A stretch of 64,000 nt of DNA, taken from a virus. This document shows positions 16,930 to 26,977 of this stretch, in pieces. The notes beneath the pieces are model-generated. The model had not been told where the DNA came from. It saw only the letters and a program-made list of their open reading frames with translations, and did not search any database. The stretch lies in IMG/VR virus record IMGVR_UViG_3300035681_000001, positions 1 to 64,000 of that record. The stretch is one strand, 5' to 3'. Numbering within the stretch: the stretch's first letter is position 1; every line of letters begins with the position of its first letter. The translations under genes were made by a program, and so were the position numbers.

Positions 16930-19900
16930 TAAGTTTTAGTGCAAAGGATCATGTCTATGTATCTTACCGCAAAGTTCATAGTGTTGCCAGTTGTTTGGCT
17001 TACACTAGCAGAATTAACAGTAACGCCCGTTCCAGACCCAGTAACACTATAAGGGCCACCTGGCACTTGGTTACCACCTCCGCTAAAAGCAGTAGGTCCA
17101 AAATCCATACCATCTTGGACAGTTGATCCCCCTGAACTTACACCCTCATCGTTCCTTAACGAATAAAATGAGTGTGAGTGTGACGGGTCAGTAATACCAT
17201 GGTTGTGGTCTACTAGAGGTACTGTTCTATTAGTAAAAGCTGCGGTAAAAGCAACTGAGCCACCAGCCCCACCACCGGCTCCGCTAACAACTCTCAAAGC
17301 GTAGTCGTCAACGTTAGTTTCTTGTACCCACCCTAAAGGAGCAGTTGCATTATGAAAAACAAGCCTAACACCCGGCTCAAAAACTCCCAAACCTACAAAT
17401 TTATTAGCAAACACCACACCTAGTACTTCTAGGTGTCTAAATTTACCTGAATCAGCTTCGACTACTTCGGCTTGTAAAGTACCTAATACACGAGCTGTTT
17501 TGAGTAAAACCTCCGAGGCCTGGGTAAGATCTACTAAGCCTCCAGCAACTACTAAGTTAGCAGTAATTAAGTGACCGGTAGCTACTAGGTTTTCTAAACG
17601 GAATGCATTTAATAGCTCAGGACGTTGCTTAGGTGTGTTAAACACACGTGAGTTTGAATCAGACCAATCAATCAACCGGCCCTCAGCAGAAAACATCAAC
17701 CGAGGAGCGGCTAACGTAATTTCAGTGGTACTGCCCACTACGTATACGTTGCCACCTATGTGGTAGTTACCTGTAGTATCTAATCCAGTAACTCTTACTA
17801 CACCTCCATTTTGTTCAGTAGCTCTAGAGTTATACAGTTGTTGTGCACTAAGTACGTTGGCAACCGTTTCATTAATAGCAACTGAGTAATTACCAGAAGC
17901 GTAACCTGTACGATCCCAAAAATGAGCCGTTAAACAAACTTTAGAAGGCTGACGGAATTCTACTGGAGCAGCACTAACATAAACCTTACGTTGGCTAGGA
18001 GGTAGGTCTTTACCATAACGATTAAAAAGCTGAGCCAGAGCTGAGTCATTAGTATCAGCTGCATCACTAGGAAAATAAGGCGTCCCTAAGTTAGGAGCTA
18101 CTGACTGCCCACTATACAACAGCCCAAAAGCTGATACAAAACGCTCTACAGCCTCACGAGTAGTTGAATATTGACTGATACGATCATAAGTACTAGCAGC
18201 ACACTCACACCCAGGAAAAATTGAGGGTGTAATACTACTAGAACTAGGTGTTACCACCCCAGCTATAGAATCATAAATAGACAGCGAAGCATCAGGGTTC
18301 CAATTAGGGCTGTCTAGGTCTAACTCCGGGAATAAGTAATTCAGGTTTTGTTTGTAGCCTGTTGTACCCCCACTAGGTGGCAATACCCCACCTAGCAACA
18401 CGGTTAGGTAGTAAACACCATCTTGGTTTCCAGGTTGGTATTCGGTAAGAGTCTCAACGTCATATACCCAAAAAGTTTCTAACGTATCGCTATTACTAAT
18501 AGGAGTCTGTATTACTGAAAAGCGTTCCGGAGGTTCAGCTTGAGCTACAGTTTTGGGTATAGTAAGTTCTAGTCGCCACAACAAGTCATTAGCATCTACC
18601 GTTTGGCCTGTCGCTAGAGTACTTCCGGGTCGAAAGTCTACCTTACGTTGTACATAAACAGCGCCAAACAAATCTGGTACTAGAGCAGAACTATCCCAGT
18701 CTCTCATGGTACGCTCTAAAAACTCAAAGCTACCACTTTGAGCTTTAACAAAAAGCCGATATAACAAATTACGCCCGTTCGCTACATCATTCCAATCGTT
18801 GGTGCCTTCTGTAGCAGCTTTAGCAACCCTTAGATAAATCAAACCTAAAGGTTGACCTGTAGTTGGGTCAGTAGTACCAGTAGGTTCCCAAACGTAATAT
18901 TGTCGTTTAGGATTGTTACCTGAGGTGTCATCACTTAAAGGTTCCCTTAATAAAACATAAAAGGGTACTGCTAGGTAGTTAGCTTTAGGTGAAGGGTACG
19001 TGTAAACGCAGCTCCATACTCTCTCAGCAGCTCCACCTGCTTTACCTAGCAAATACAAACCGTCTAGAACCAACCACCTTTTTTCGTAACCAGTACCTGG
19101 AGACTCTATATATTCCGGTACTGCAGATTCAATAATAGGTGCACCTAAGTACAATCTCCTAAAATTAGCAGTTTGGTTAGCAGCAGTTTGAGCACCACCT
19201 AAGGTCCCACTTACCGTACCTAAGGTCTTAGCTAAGTTAATACGGTTGAACGAAATATTGACTACTTGATCGGTAGCAAAACCCGTTAGAGGAGCATCAT
19301 AAGCAGTTATTACAGAAGGATCGTTTCCAGTAAAATTCTCACCATAAGGTATAGCAGTACTACCTTGATTAGTAATACCGGGAGTAGTAGTAAAGTCAAC
19401 CCTTTTAGCTAAACCACGAAGCACTCCTTTAGGTGGTACTAAAGCAGTGACTTTACCTTTGGTTTGCAGCAACTTAGCTGTAGCAGCATAACCAGTAGCC
19501 TTTAAGCTAATAGCCCCGTATTGACTACGATTACCTGCACCAGTAATTACACCCCCACCACTAGACCAAAACTCATCTGCAAAACCTTCTACTAGGTTGT
19601 CGTGAGCTCTAATTTCAGCGCCGTTAGTAGCGTGCAAAAAGTAGTGCCGGTAGTCAGCTTTGTACTGAGCACTAACGCTAGAACCAGTACCACTACTAAA
19701 AGCAATATCCAAAATCTGAGTGGACTGTGCATGACAATTACGGACGATTACTGAAGCTTCACCTTCCATCAATAAGCCGTCAGCTAAAATACCACACAGC
19801 CCAGTTTCAGACCTTAAACGACAATCTCTAAACTCAGTAGGTAATTTAGGTGTAGGATCAGTACTGCTCAACACACCTGGTGTTTGGTAACCATATTTAG

Positions 19901-22900
19901 CACCGTTAGCCCAATAAGCTGCGTTGTTAGTAAATACAGGTCTAGTTGCAGCGGGAAATTCAGACCAATCTTGAATGCTTACTAAATTAGTAAAAACTTT
20001 CAGTAACTTGGCGGAATACAAAGCTAGTTCAGCGGTACTTAAAGGTGCAGCTGCTAAAACAGCATGGTGACTAGAACTACTAGTAGTACCAAAACAAACA
20101 CGCTCTACTAAAGTCTCAGCCGAATATCTTAAAATACTACTTTTGAAAGCTTGACTAGTAGGTACGTACAACGGGCTAAAAACAGTAGCTGCAGGGTCCT
20201 TTACGTAAATGTGAACTTGAGGGCCCAATACCACACCACCGTAGACACCACTGCCTACACCAGTAGGATTGAATAAATCATAAGAACCAGCGGCTGCCTC
20301 AAACTCTAAGTTCTTAGCACTTACAGCTAAAGTATTAACTGCTCCAGCACTAGTAGCACCAGCTTGGTTCTTTACGTTATAGGTACCAGGCTCTACGTAA
20401 ATGGTTACGGGCCCTAGCAACGAACTAATCAAGTTAGCCTGTAGCGCCGCTCGCTCTAAAGTCTTAAAGGGGCTAGTACTAGAAGTACCTTTGTTGCTTA
20501 CTAGATCACTAGCATCAGGGTGCCTAGCATTCAAATAAACACTAGTAGCACTAACCACACTAGACTGAGCTGCTAACAGCCCTTTAGCTGTGTAAGGGCT
20601 AAGAGCTACTTTGGTATCCAAACCAGCAATAGCTTGAGCTACTGTAGCTAGCTGTATAAAACCCGCTCGCTCAGTAGTGGAATACAACTTCCACTCACTA
20701 GAAGCGAGAATAGGAGTCTCAAAGTCAGTAAGAGAGTTAAACGCTAAACGAGCAGACCGGAGGTCCAAAGTAGCGTTGGGGAAAAGCAGCAAGCTTTCAG
20801 TGATCGTTAGACGCTTGAAGACCTTAGTATCAGAAGTAGTATTACTGGTTAAGTCAGTTTGTTTACCTGTCTTTAAGTCAATGACTTGCTGACCAATAAT
20901 GAAGTTACCATCTTGGTCCATTCCAGTATTGTAGACCCGACCACCAAAAGACTCTTTTTTGATCCGGGCTATAGATTGCTGAAAAGTAAAGACCTTGTCT
21001 TGGAACAACGGTAACGCAGAAGAATAATTCAAGTAACCCTGCCATTCCCAAGTGTGCCCAGCACACCTGATAGTAGAAGGGCGGTGTAGGTTGGTACGTA
21101 TAGTAGTAGGTACGTTTACTGTTCTGGTACTAGCTTGTAGTAAAGCTACCCTATCAGACAACGGCAACCCGAGTTCAGACAACAGCGTGTCTACGGCTTT
21201 ATAGGTAGCCGAAGTAGTAGGGTTAGCTACAGGGTTGTTAATATCAATTTCTGGATAAAGTGTAGACAATGACTCGTTAGTGGCTCCAGCCAACATCAAA
21301 GCTACGTAATAAGTACCTGTAGGCAAGTCAGCCCCGTTGAAGTCAGTAGTCTTTACATCTGCTACAAATAACGGTGTAGTAAGCTGCAATCCCATCAATT
21401 GCTGGTTAAGCCTTAATACAAAGTTTTCTACAGGTCGCCGCTTGCTGGAATCACCTAGACCTTCAAGCTTAAGCCACAGAATACGGTCGTCTGATTGTCT
21501 TTGATCAGGGTTGCGTTTAATCAGTATAGGAAACCCCTCAACCAAAGTACGGTTGTTGTAGATACCGTTGTTGGTCGTTGAAGTATTAAAAAACCACCCG
21601 TTGGAATCCTGAGAATAAAAAGGAGCTGTGTCTACCAAACGAGCTGTATATTCAGTACCGTCTACACCAGTAACGTAAAGTAGTTCCCCAGGTTGGTAAG
21701 TAAAAGGAGCTACACGATCTTCACTAGGTTGGGCATCTACGTAAAGCTTTGCAGGAGTATTGATGTCTGCGTTGGCAGGTGTCTTTAGTTTGTAGCTAAG
21801 AATCGGAATATTGAAAACAGTCGGGTCTATAGGTTTAGGTAAGATAATCGTATTGATAAAAGAGCCCGAGTCTTGCGGCAGAGCCGTAGCCGCAAAACCC
21901 TTAGCTACTAAGGATAGGTCGCCAAAGTTAGAGCAGCTGTTAGTAATAGAAAGCTCACCGCCGTCTTCTGCTTCGTAATGAACAGCAGAACAAATCACAA
22001 AACAACTAACGATCTGGATGTAACCACCGTTAACTGCTCGGAAAGCCCGGTGTCTCCATTCTGGTTTGTACCTTTTGTTTCCTGGCAGTGTGGTGTCTGT
22101 AACAAAAGCACGTGGATCAGCTTGCAAGCTTACGTTAGTAAACTGAGCAGTAACCATAGACTTAAGGCCACTGACCTTAGCGCCGTCTACCAACAAGCCA
22201 TTAAGGCCAAACCGGGAACGAACCGAACAATTAAAAACATAAGGTGATGCTGAAACAGTAGTATCAACAGCTAAGAAACCAGTAGCATCTAAAGCCTGAT
22301 TACTGGTAACCGGCGCTACTATCTCAGTTTCTGGTATCGAAGCTTGAAAGTCTGCTAGTACCACGTTAGGGTTACGCCGCAGCCCTAACACTTGGTATAC
22401 CTTAGAGTAATAACTAGAATCCGAACCGGTTAACTCATCAGCGGTAGCAAATTCAGCACACCCACAAAGGTGGTGACTACTGTAGTTAAACGCGTTGTCA
22501 GTAAAAGTAAAACCATAAAGGTACGAACCACCAGTAAGCTTAAAAATACTGGTACGACCGGTACCAAAACATTCTGGGTCGGCCAACCAATCATTAAAGT
22601 TCCCTACGTACCTAGGGCGAAGCTTGGTCTTCCTAAGATCTAAAGCTACTATCGAAACACCCCTAGGTGCAACCACCCCACCTTTAATGGGATTAAAGAC
22701 AGAATAGTTAGGGTAACTAACAGTATCTCCTACAGCCCAAACGCCTTTCATTCGACGAACTGTAATACGTGCGTTGTCAACCGCAACAACTATTGCTGAA
22801 CCACCAGAAGAACTAAAAACTTGTTGGCGTGGGTACAAACCTTCAGCCCAAGCGTTGGTAACACTCAACACACCAGTAGTTAAGTTGATAGCTGTAACTA

Positions 22901-23714
22901 ACCCACTTAGGAGCTGTGGGTTAATAGGGCCAGTATCAGTAGCCGTTAGTCGAGGTAAAGCTGAATAAGATACTACCCCTGGACGGTTATCTAAATGATA
23001 ATCTCCTGAGTGAATGTAAATAGTATCCTGGTCATACAAGTCATTGTTAGCTCCAGCTTGATAAGACCTTAAAGCAGAAGCTATTAACGCTCGTTCTGGG
23101 GTAAGAAAAGGTCTACTAGGATCTAGACCGTCATTTTCAACCGAATCATCACCTATAGTTTGGTCTACATGAATCTCATTTGACTCAGTACGACGCGTAA
23201 TAAAACCAGACTCTTCTGCCCAATTAGCCAACCCAGCCGGGTTAATGGCAGTAGTTTCTGAAACACCATCTTGAATTTCTTGTAAAGTTGCTAACCTCAC
23301 CAAACCAGCTTGGGTCTGAGTAGCATCTACTGGACTAACCCTAAACCAAGAGTCACCATTATTAACAAAAAAAGCACCGTCTGTTTTACGTAACCACAGC
23401 TGCCCTATTTGATTTAGCTTGGCAGCGTTATTACTAAAAGTAATTCCTGGAGCAGTAGTTTCTGCTGCATCCGTAGTAACATATGCTGGACCTACACGTA
23501 CTACTTGATCAGCTACACTCTCATTAGACTCAGTACCAACTCGTAAGAACAAGCCTACCGAGCTAGCAATCAAATTAGCATTTGTAGAACCGTAATTAAC
23601 TGATACTTCACCTAAGTAAAGATCTTCAGGTGTATTAGTACTAGGTACCCGATGAGGTACACCACTAGATCGAGATACGTGACGCAGAATATCAAAATCC
23701 CGAGGGGTGCTCAT
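16929..23714 (-). CDS. giant tail fibre-like virion protein (2261 aa)
   Basis: Contains gp34-like repeats (AGLVRLATLQE, AGFIQLATVAQ) and two copies of the PF.TLERA module. The C-terminus is tail-collar-like (ATAPLGWVQ...DDYALRVVSG...AVRYIDMILCTK). Confidence 0.85.
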   Translation of the reverse strand: MSTPRDFDILRHVSRSSGVPHRVPSTNTPEDLYLGEVSVNYGSTNANLIASSVGLFLRVGTESNESVADQVVRVGPAYVTTDAAETTAPGITFSNNAAKLNQIGQLWLRKTDGAFFVNNGDSWFRVSPVDATQTQAGLVRLATLQEIQDGVSETTAINPAGLANWAEESGFITRRTESNEIHVDQTIGDDSVENDGLDPSRPFLTPERALIASALRSYQAGANNDLYDQDTIYIHSGDYHLDNRPGVVSYSALPRLTATDTGPINPQLLSGLVTAINLTTGVLSVTNAWAEGLYPRQQVFSSSGGSAIVVAVDNARITVRRMKGVWAVGDTVSYPNYSVFNPIKGGVVAPRGVSIVALDLRKTKLRPRYVGNFNDWLADPECFGTGRTSIFKLTGGSYLYGFTFTDNAFNYSSHHLCGCAEFATADELTGSDSSYYSKVYQVLGLRRNPNVVLADFQASIPETEIVAPVTSNQALDATGFLAVDTTVSASPYVFNCSVRSRFGLNGLLVDGAKVSGLKSMVTAQFTNVSLQADPRAFVTDTTLPGNKRYKPEWRHRAFRAVNGGYIQIVSCFVICSAVHYEAEDGGELSITNSCSNFGDLSLVAKGFAATALPQDSGSFINTIILPKPIDPTVFNIPILSYKLKTPANADINTPAKLYVDAQPSEDRVAPFTYQPGELLYVTGVDGTEYTARLVDTAPFYSQDSNGWFFNTSTTNNGIYNNRTLVEGFPILIKRNPDQRQSDDRILWLKLEGLGDSSKRRPVENFVLRLNQQLMGLQLTTPLFVADVKTTDFNGADLPTGTYYVALMLAGATNESLSTLYPEIDINNPVANPTTSATYKAVDTLLSELGLPLSDRVALLQASTRTVNVPTTIRTNLHRPSTIRCAGHTWEWQGYLNYSSALPLFQDKVFTFQQSIARIKKESFGGRVYNTGMDQDGNFIIGQQVIDLKTGKQTDLTSNTTSDTKVFKRLTITESLLLFPNATLDLRSARLAFNSLTDFETPILASSEWKLYSTTERAGFIQLATVAQAIAGLDTKVALSPYTAKGLLAAQSSVVSATSVYLNARHPDASDLVSNKGTSSTSPFKTLERAALQANLISSLLGPVTIYVEPGTYNVKNQAGATSAGAVNTLAVSAKNLEFEAAAGSYDLFNPTGVGSGVYGGVVLGPQVHIYVKDPAATVFSPLYVPTSQAFKSSILRYSAETLVERVCFGTTSSSSHHAVLAAAPLSTAELALYSAKLLKVFTNLVSIQDWSEFPAATRPVFTNNAAYWANGAKYGYQTPGVLSSTDPTPKLPTEFRDCRLRSETGLCGILADGLLMEGEASVIVRNCHAQSTQILDIAFSSGTGSSVSAQYKADYRHYFLHATNGAEIRAHDNLVEGFADEFWSSGGGVITGAGNRSQYGAISLKATGYAATAKLLQTKGKVTALVPPKGVLRGLAKRVDFTTTPGITNQGSTAIPYGENFTGNDPSVITAYDAPLTGFATDQVVNISFNRINLAKTLGTVSGTLGGAQTAANQTANFRRLYLGAPIIESAVPEYIESPGTGYEKRWLVLDGLYLLGKAGGAAERVWSCVYTYPSPKANYLAVPFYVLLREPLSDDTSGNNPKRQYYVWEPTGTTDPTTGQPLGLIYLRVAKAATEGTNDWNDVANGRNLLYRLFVKAQSGSFEFLERTMRDWDSSALVPDLFGAVYVQRKVDFRPGSTLATGQTVDANDLLWRLELTIPKTVAQAEPPERFSVIQTPISNSDTLETFWVYDVETLTEYQPGNQDGVYYLTVLLGGVLPPSGGTTGYKQNLNYLFPELDLDSPNWNPDASLSIYDSIAGVVTPSSSSITPSIFPGCECAASTYDRISQYSTTREAVERFVSAFGLLYSGQSVAPNLGTPYFPSDAADTNDSALAQLFNRYGKDLPPSQRKVYVSAAPVEFRQPSKVCLTAHFWDRTGYASGNYSVAINETVANVLSAQQLYNSRATEQNGGVVRVTGLDTTGNYHIGGNVYVVGSTTEITLAAPRLMFSAEGRLIDWSDSNSRVFNTPKQRPELLNAFRLENLVATGHLITANLVVAGGLVDLTQASEVLLKTARVLGTLQAEVVEADSGKFRHLEVLGVVFANKFVGLGVFEPGVRLVFHNATAPLGWVQETNVDDYALRVVSGAGGGAGGSVAFTAAFTNRTVPLVDHNHGITDPSHSHSFYSLRNDEGVSSGGSTVQDGMDFGPTAFSGGGNQVPGGPYSVTGSGTGVTVNSASVSQTTGNTMNFAVRYIDMILCTKT

Positions 23715-23806
23715 CTAACCTTAAGTGTCTTAACAGAGACTAGCAGGCCAAGTAAGTCACTGACAAGTACTATATGAGCTAGCCTAGTGGTATACGTCAA
23801 CCACGT

Positions 23807-24193
23807 ATGGACGGTGCAGAATGCCTAACTCTTTCAGACTACGTCAACAAGAAAAAGGTCAGGCAACTACATCGACAAGCTATTTTCAGAGCTTTTGACC
23901 ATAAGTGCGCTTATTGTGGCAGTCCAGCTCAAAGCTTAGATCACGTTAAACCACGTCACAAAGGAGGTCAAAACCTTAGTTCTAACTTAGTACCTGCTTG
24001 TTTAGAGTGTAATCAAACCAAAGGTAGCTCTGACTTATGGGACTTCTACCACAAAGGTCAGGCTTTTTATTCAGCTAGTAGAGCTGAATTTTTAAAACAG
24101 TGGGTTTCAGGTGAAATCTTAGCGTTAAGGGCACTAAGTGTTGAAGAACTCGGCAAAGACAACGTGCACATATTCTTAGTAGGTTTCAACTAA
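23807..24193 (+). CDS. HNH endonuclease
   Basis: CAYCG....LDHVKPR.KGG.N..SNLVPAC..CN..KG. Confidence 0.9.
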   Translation: MDGAECLTLSDYVNKKKVRQLHRQAIFRAFDHKCAYCGSPAQSLDHVKPRHKGGQNLSSNLVPACLECNQTKGSSDLWDFYHKGQAFYSASRAEFLKQWVSGEILALRALSVEELGKDNVHIFLVGFN

Positions 24194-24230
24194 AAACAAA
24201 GTACAGCGTACGGTGTAATAACACTTAAGT

Positions 24231-26977
24231 ATGTCTGAAGGTGCTGAAGCGCCAACCTTAGAACCTTTTGTAAGAGGTAAAAAGGGCTGCCTTAAACTCG
24301 TTACTTCTCCATATTGGGGTAGTTGGTATAAACAAGTAGACGATCCTAAAGGTAAAGACGTAGACGCAAAAGAACTGCTAGAGCAATTTTGGATTAAAGA
24401 GTCGTTTGATAAAGTACCACTACAGCAGCTACGTAGGGTGGTTACCTTTTATAGACGTTATGTGTCTAACGTAGCAGCCAACTCGACAGTAGATACTAAT
24501 GAAGTACAAGTTTTGCTGCTGCGATCAGAAACTGATATTACAGCATGGAAAATCCTAGTTCCTAAACAAATCATTACACCCGGAACAGTCGAAGCAGTAA
24601 CTCATCCGTCTTGTGATTTAGAAACTGGTGAAGATCACTTGGTGTTTCCGCCTGAAGGGTGGGCTCATGCTGGTAGTAGCCACTCCCATAACACTATGGG
24701 TAAAAGATCCTGAAGTCTGAGTAGAATAAGGCTAATTTGTAGTCTTACTTTGCTTACTTACGCAAATCCCCGCGACGTACACGTGCGCCAAAAAGTGGTT
24801 GAACTTTTTAATAAAGGGTTTACACCACAAGAGATTCAACAAGAACTAGGTCTCCGCTACTGGCAACCTGTTTATAACGTGCTTAAAAAAGCTGGAATCT
24901 ACGAAAAGAGATCTACTAGGTACCATCGTAAGTATTTTTTTAACGAAAACTACTTCGATAATATCAATACAGAAGACAAAGCTTATTTCTTTGGTTTTCT
25001 TGCAGCAGATGGATGTATTGATTCTGATGCACAAAGGGTAAAAATAGCCCTTCAAGAAAAGGACTCAGATATCTTGTATAAGATGGTTTCTTACTTAAAC
25101 GCAAACTTTGAGCCAAAGTTTGTAAAACACCATTCTTATAATCAAGTTCATCTGTGTTTAAACTCAAAGGTTTTTAGGCACGCTCTTATACAAAAAGGTA
25201 TGAAACCCAGAAAATCTTTAACCATGAGTGCAGAGTTAACCGACTCAATCCCTGAACACCTAATAAGGCACTTTCTTAGAGGGTACTGTGATGGAGACGG
25301 TAATATATTCCTAGGAAAAAGATATAAGTCTGGGGTTAAATTCTCTGTATCAGTCATAGGGACTAAAGAATTTCTTAAATCGTCTTTTCTTAAGCACTGT
25401 TCTAGTAACTCTCCTCTCTCAAAGTATAACTCTTGTGAGATGTGGTGCTGGAAAACAGCCAAGATAGATCACGTATTTGAGTTCCTTAAATACATCTATC
25501 AAGATGCAACAGTCTACTTAGATCGTAAGTACAAATACGTAGGGGATTACGTAACTTCAGAATGTGCCCATATAAAATCAGGTGAATTGCTGGAAATCTT
25601 CCTGCCTAAGGCAAAAGACAATCAGCAGCCAAGTCTACTTGCTCAAAGTAAGTAGAAAGGTTCAGAGACTATCCCGAAAGGGAGTACGCTCAAGCGAGCG
25701 GAAGCGCCTGAATACCTATAGTTTAACTATAGGTATAAGATATAGTCCCATCCCGCATGACCGCGTTAGAGTCATAATACCGAAAGGGCGGATGTCTGTG
25801 TAGCGAACAGACACGTAAGTAATTGGCATTCTTTTCAGGTAAAGACGACCGAGGCGAACTAACCGTACCGGGCTTGCACTTTGTAATTGGTAGGATTACT
25901 ACTTCTAGCTTTGAGATTAAAGCTTCAATCGTAATGAACCGTATGCGATTTCTAGTACCTCCTGATTGGGTACTAGAAATCGGAGAAATTCCTTATAAAG
26001 TACAAGATTCAATGGTAGGAGTCTTTACTGACTCTATAGCCGTACCCTACGCTGAAAAAGTAGAAACTTACGTTAAGCGAGCTAACGAAGCTGTACCTAA
26101 ACGTACCCCTTTACCTGGTAGTTATGGACCTAGGTGGACTCGTAATAATACAAACCATGCTTATAGCTGGACACCTAAAGGTAAAAGTCCAAACGCACTG
26201 GGAGACTTTTCAGACCTACTAGGAGACGTAAACGAAATTGGTTTGTACTCTAATAAAACCGTACAAATAAACGCGCGGTCTAAACCACTAAGTATGGTTG
26301 TCAAACAGCTTAATTTGCTGTTGGACGGACTTAAGTATCAACACTCTGCAGTAGTCTTTGAAGCTCTGGTAAATAAAGGATTCATCAGTGAGCAAGCTGC
26401 ACTGATAGCTGCAGGTGAAGCTACAGAAGTCGCACAGCAAGCTGAAGTGTGGAGTTTTAAAAAGCCTAGCGGACTAGCAGACCTAGTTGATAACTTCAAT
26501 GAATCAGAAACTGAACCCCCACAAGATCAGTTAGACGCTACCTTTAGTCTTTTAGCTTCGTTGCTAGGTGACTTATACGATGGTTACAACGAATCAGACG
26601 CAGTGTACGGTTTACTCTACACACTAACTCTTATTGATAAGAAAACAGTACAGCTGTATACAATTGAGTATAAAAAAGCACTTAACTGGGGAGTTTGTCT
26701 AGCTAAGCGCCTACCCAGTACGTTTGACGGTGATTGGACAAGCGTAGAAAAACTAGCTGTGGTGCTGAAATCTTTAATAAAAGATGACCACTACCGTAAA
26801 ATAGTTTACGGAATTCTGTTGAACGTAGGGTACCTAGAAGCCGAAAACCTACCAGTTGACAGCACCACGGCTGAACTTTGGCGGCGTAGCGCTGCTGAAT
26901 TTACCGATACCAATACTGATACTGACTTAGGTTTGGCAGCCACTCACTACGAACCTGATTGGACTGATCGTATTTAA
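24231..26977 (+). CDS. JAB/MPN+ metalloprotease (Prok-JAB, PRTRC-A-like) with a long C-terminal extension; join(24231..24701,25826..26977), 540 aa
   Basis: Splicing gives GSSHSHNTMG|AFFSGKDD, a complete HxH...S..D JAB motif, followed by PGLHFVIGRI typical of Prok-JAB. Confidence 0.88.
24702..25825 (+). mobile_element. group I intron (1124 nt) in the JAB gene
   Basis: The 5' exon ends in U (GGT) and the intron ends in G. Core elements: P AATTGCTGGAAA 25585-25596, Q GACAATCAGCAGCCAAG 25617-25633, R GGTTCAGAGACTAT 25659-25672, S AAGATATAGTCC 25737-25748. Confidence 0.92.
24750..25655 (+). CDS. intron-encoded LAGLIDADG homing endonuclease with N-terminal HTH
   Basis: YFFGFLAADGCI and HFLRGYCDGDGNI motifs. 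The 3' end overlaps the ribozyme core. Confidence 0.9.
   Translation: MLTYANPRDVHVRQKVVELFNKGFTPQEIQQELGLRYWQPVYNVLKKAGIYEKRSTRYHRKYFFNENYFDNINTEDKAYFFGFLAADGCIDSDAQRVKIALQEKDSDILYKMVSYLNANFEPKFVKHHSYNQVHLCLNSKVFRHALIQKGMKPRKSLTMSAELTDSIPEHLIRHFLRGYCDGDGNIFLGKRYKSGVKFSVSVIGTKEFLKSSFLKHCSSNSPLSKYNSCEMWCWKTAKIDHVFEFLKYIYQDATVYLDRKYKYVGDYVTSECAHIKSGELLEIFLPKAKDNQQPSLLAQSK

Noticed and set aside
25823-26977. ORF-track 384-aa protein starting at TTG 25823 as an independent gene
   Set aside because: The G of that TTG is the intron's terminal G. The ORF is exon 2 of the JAB gene.
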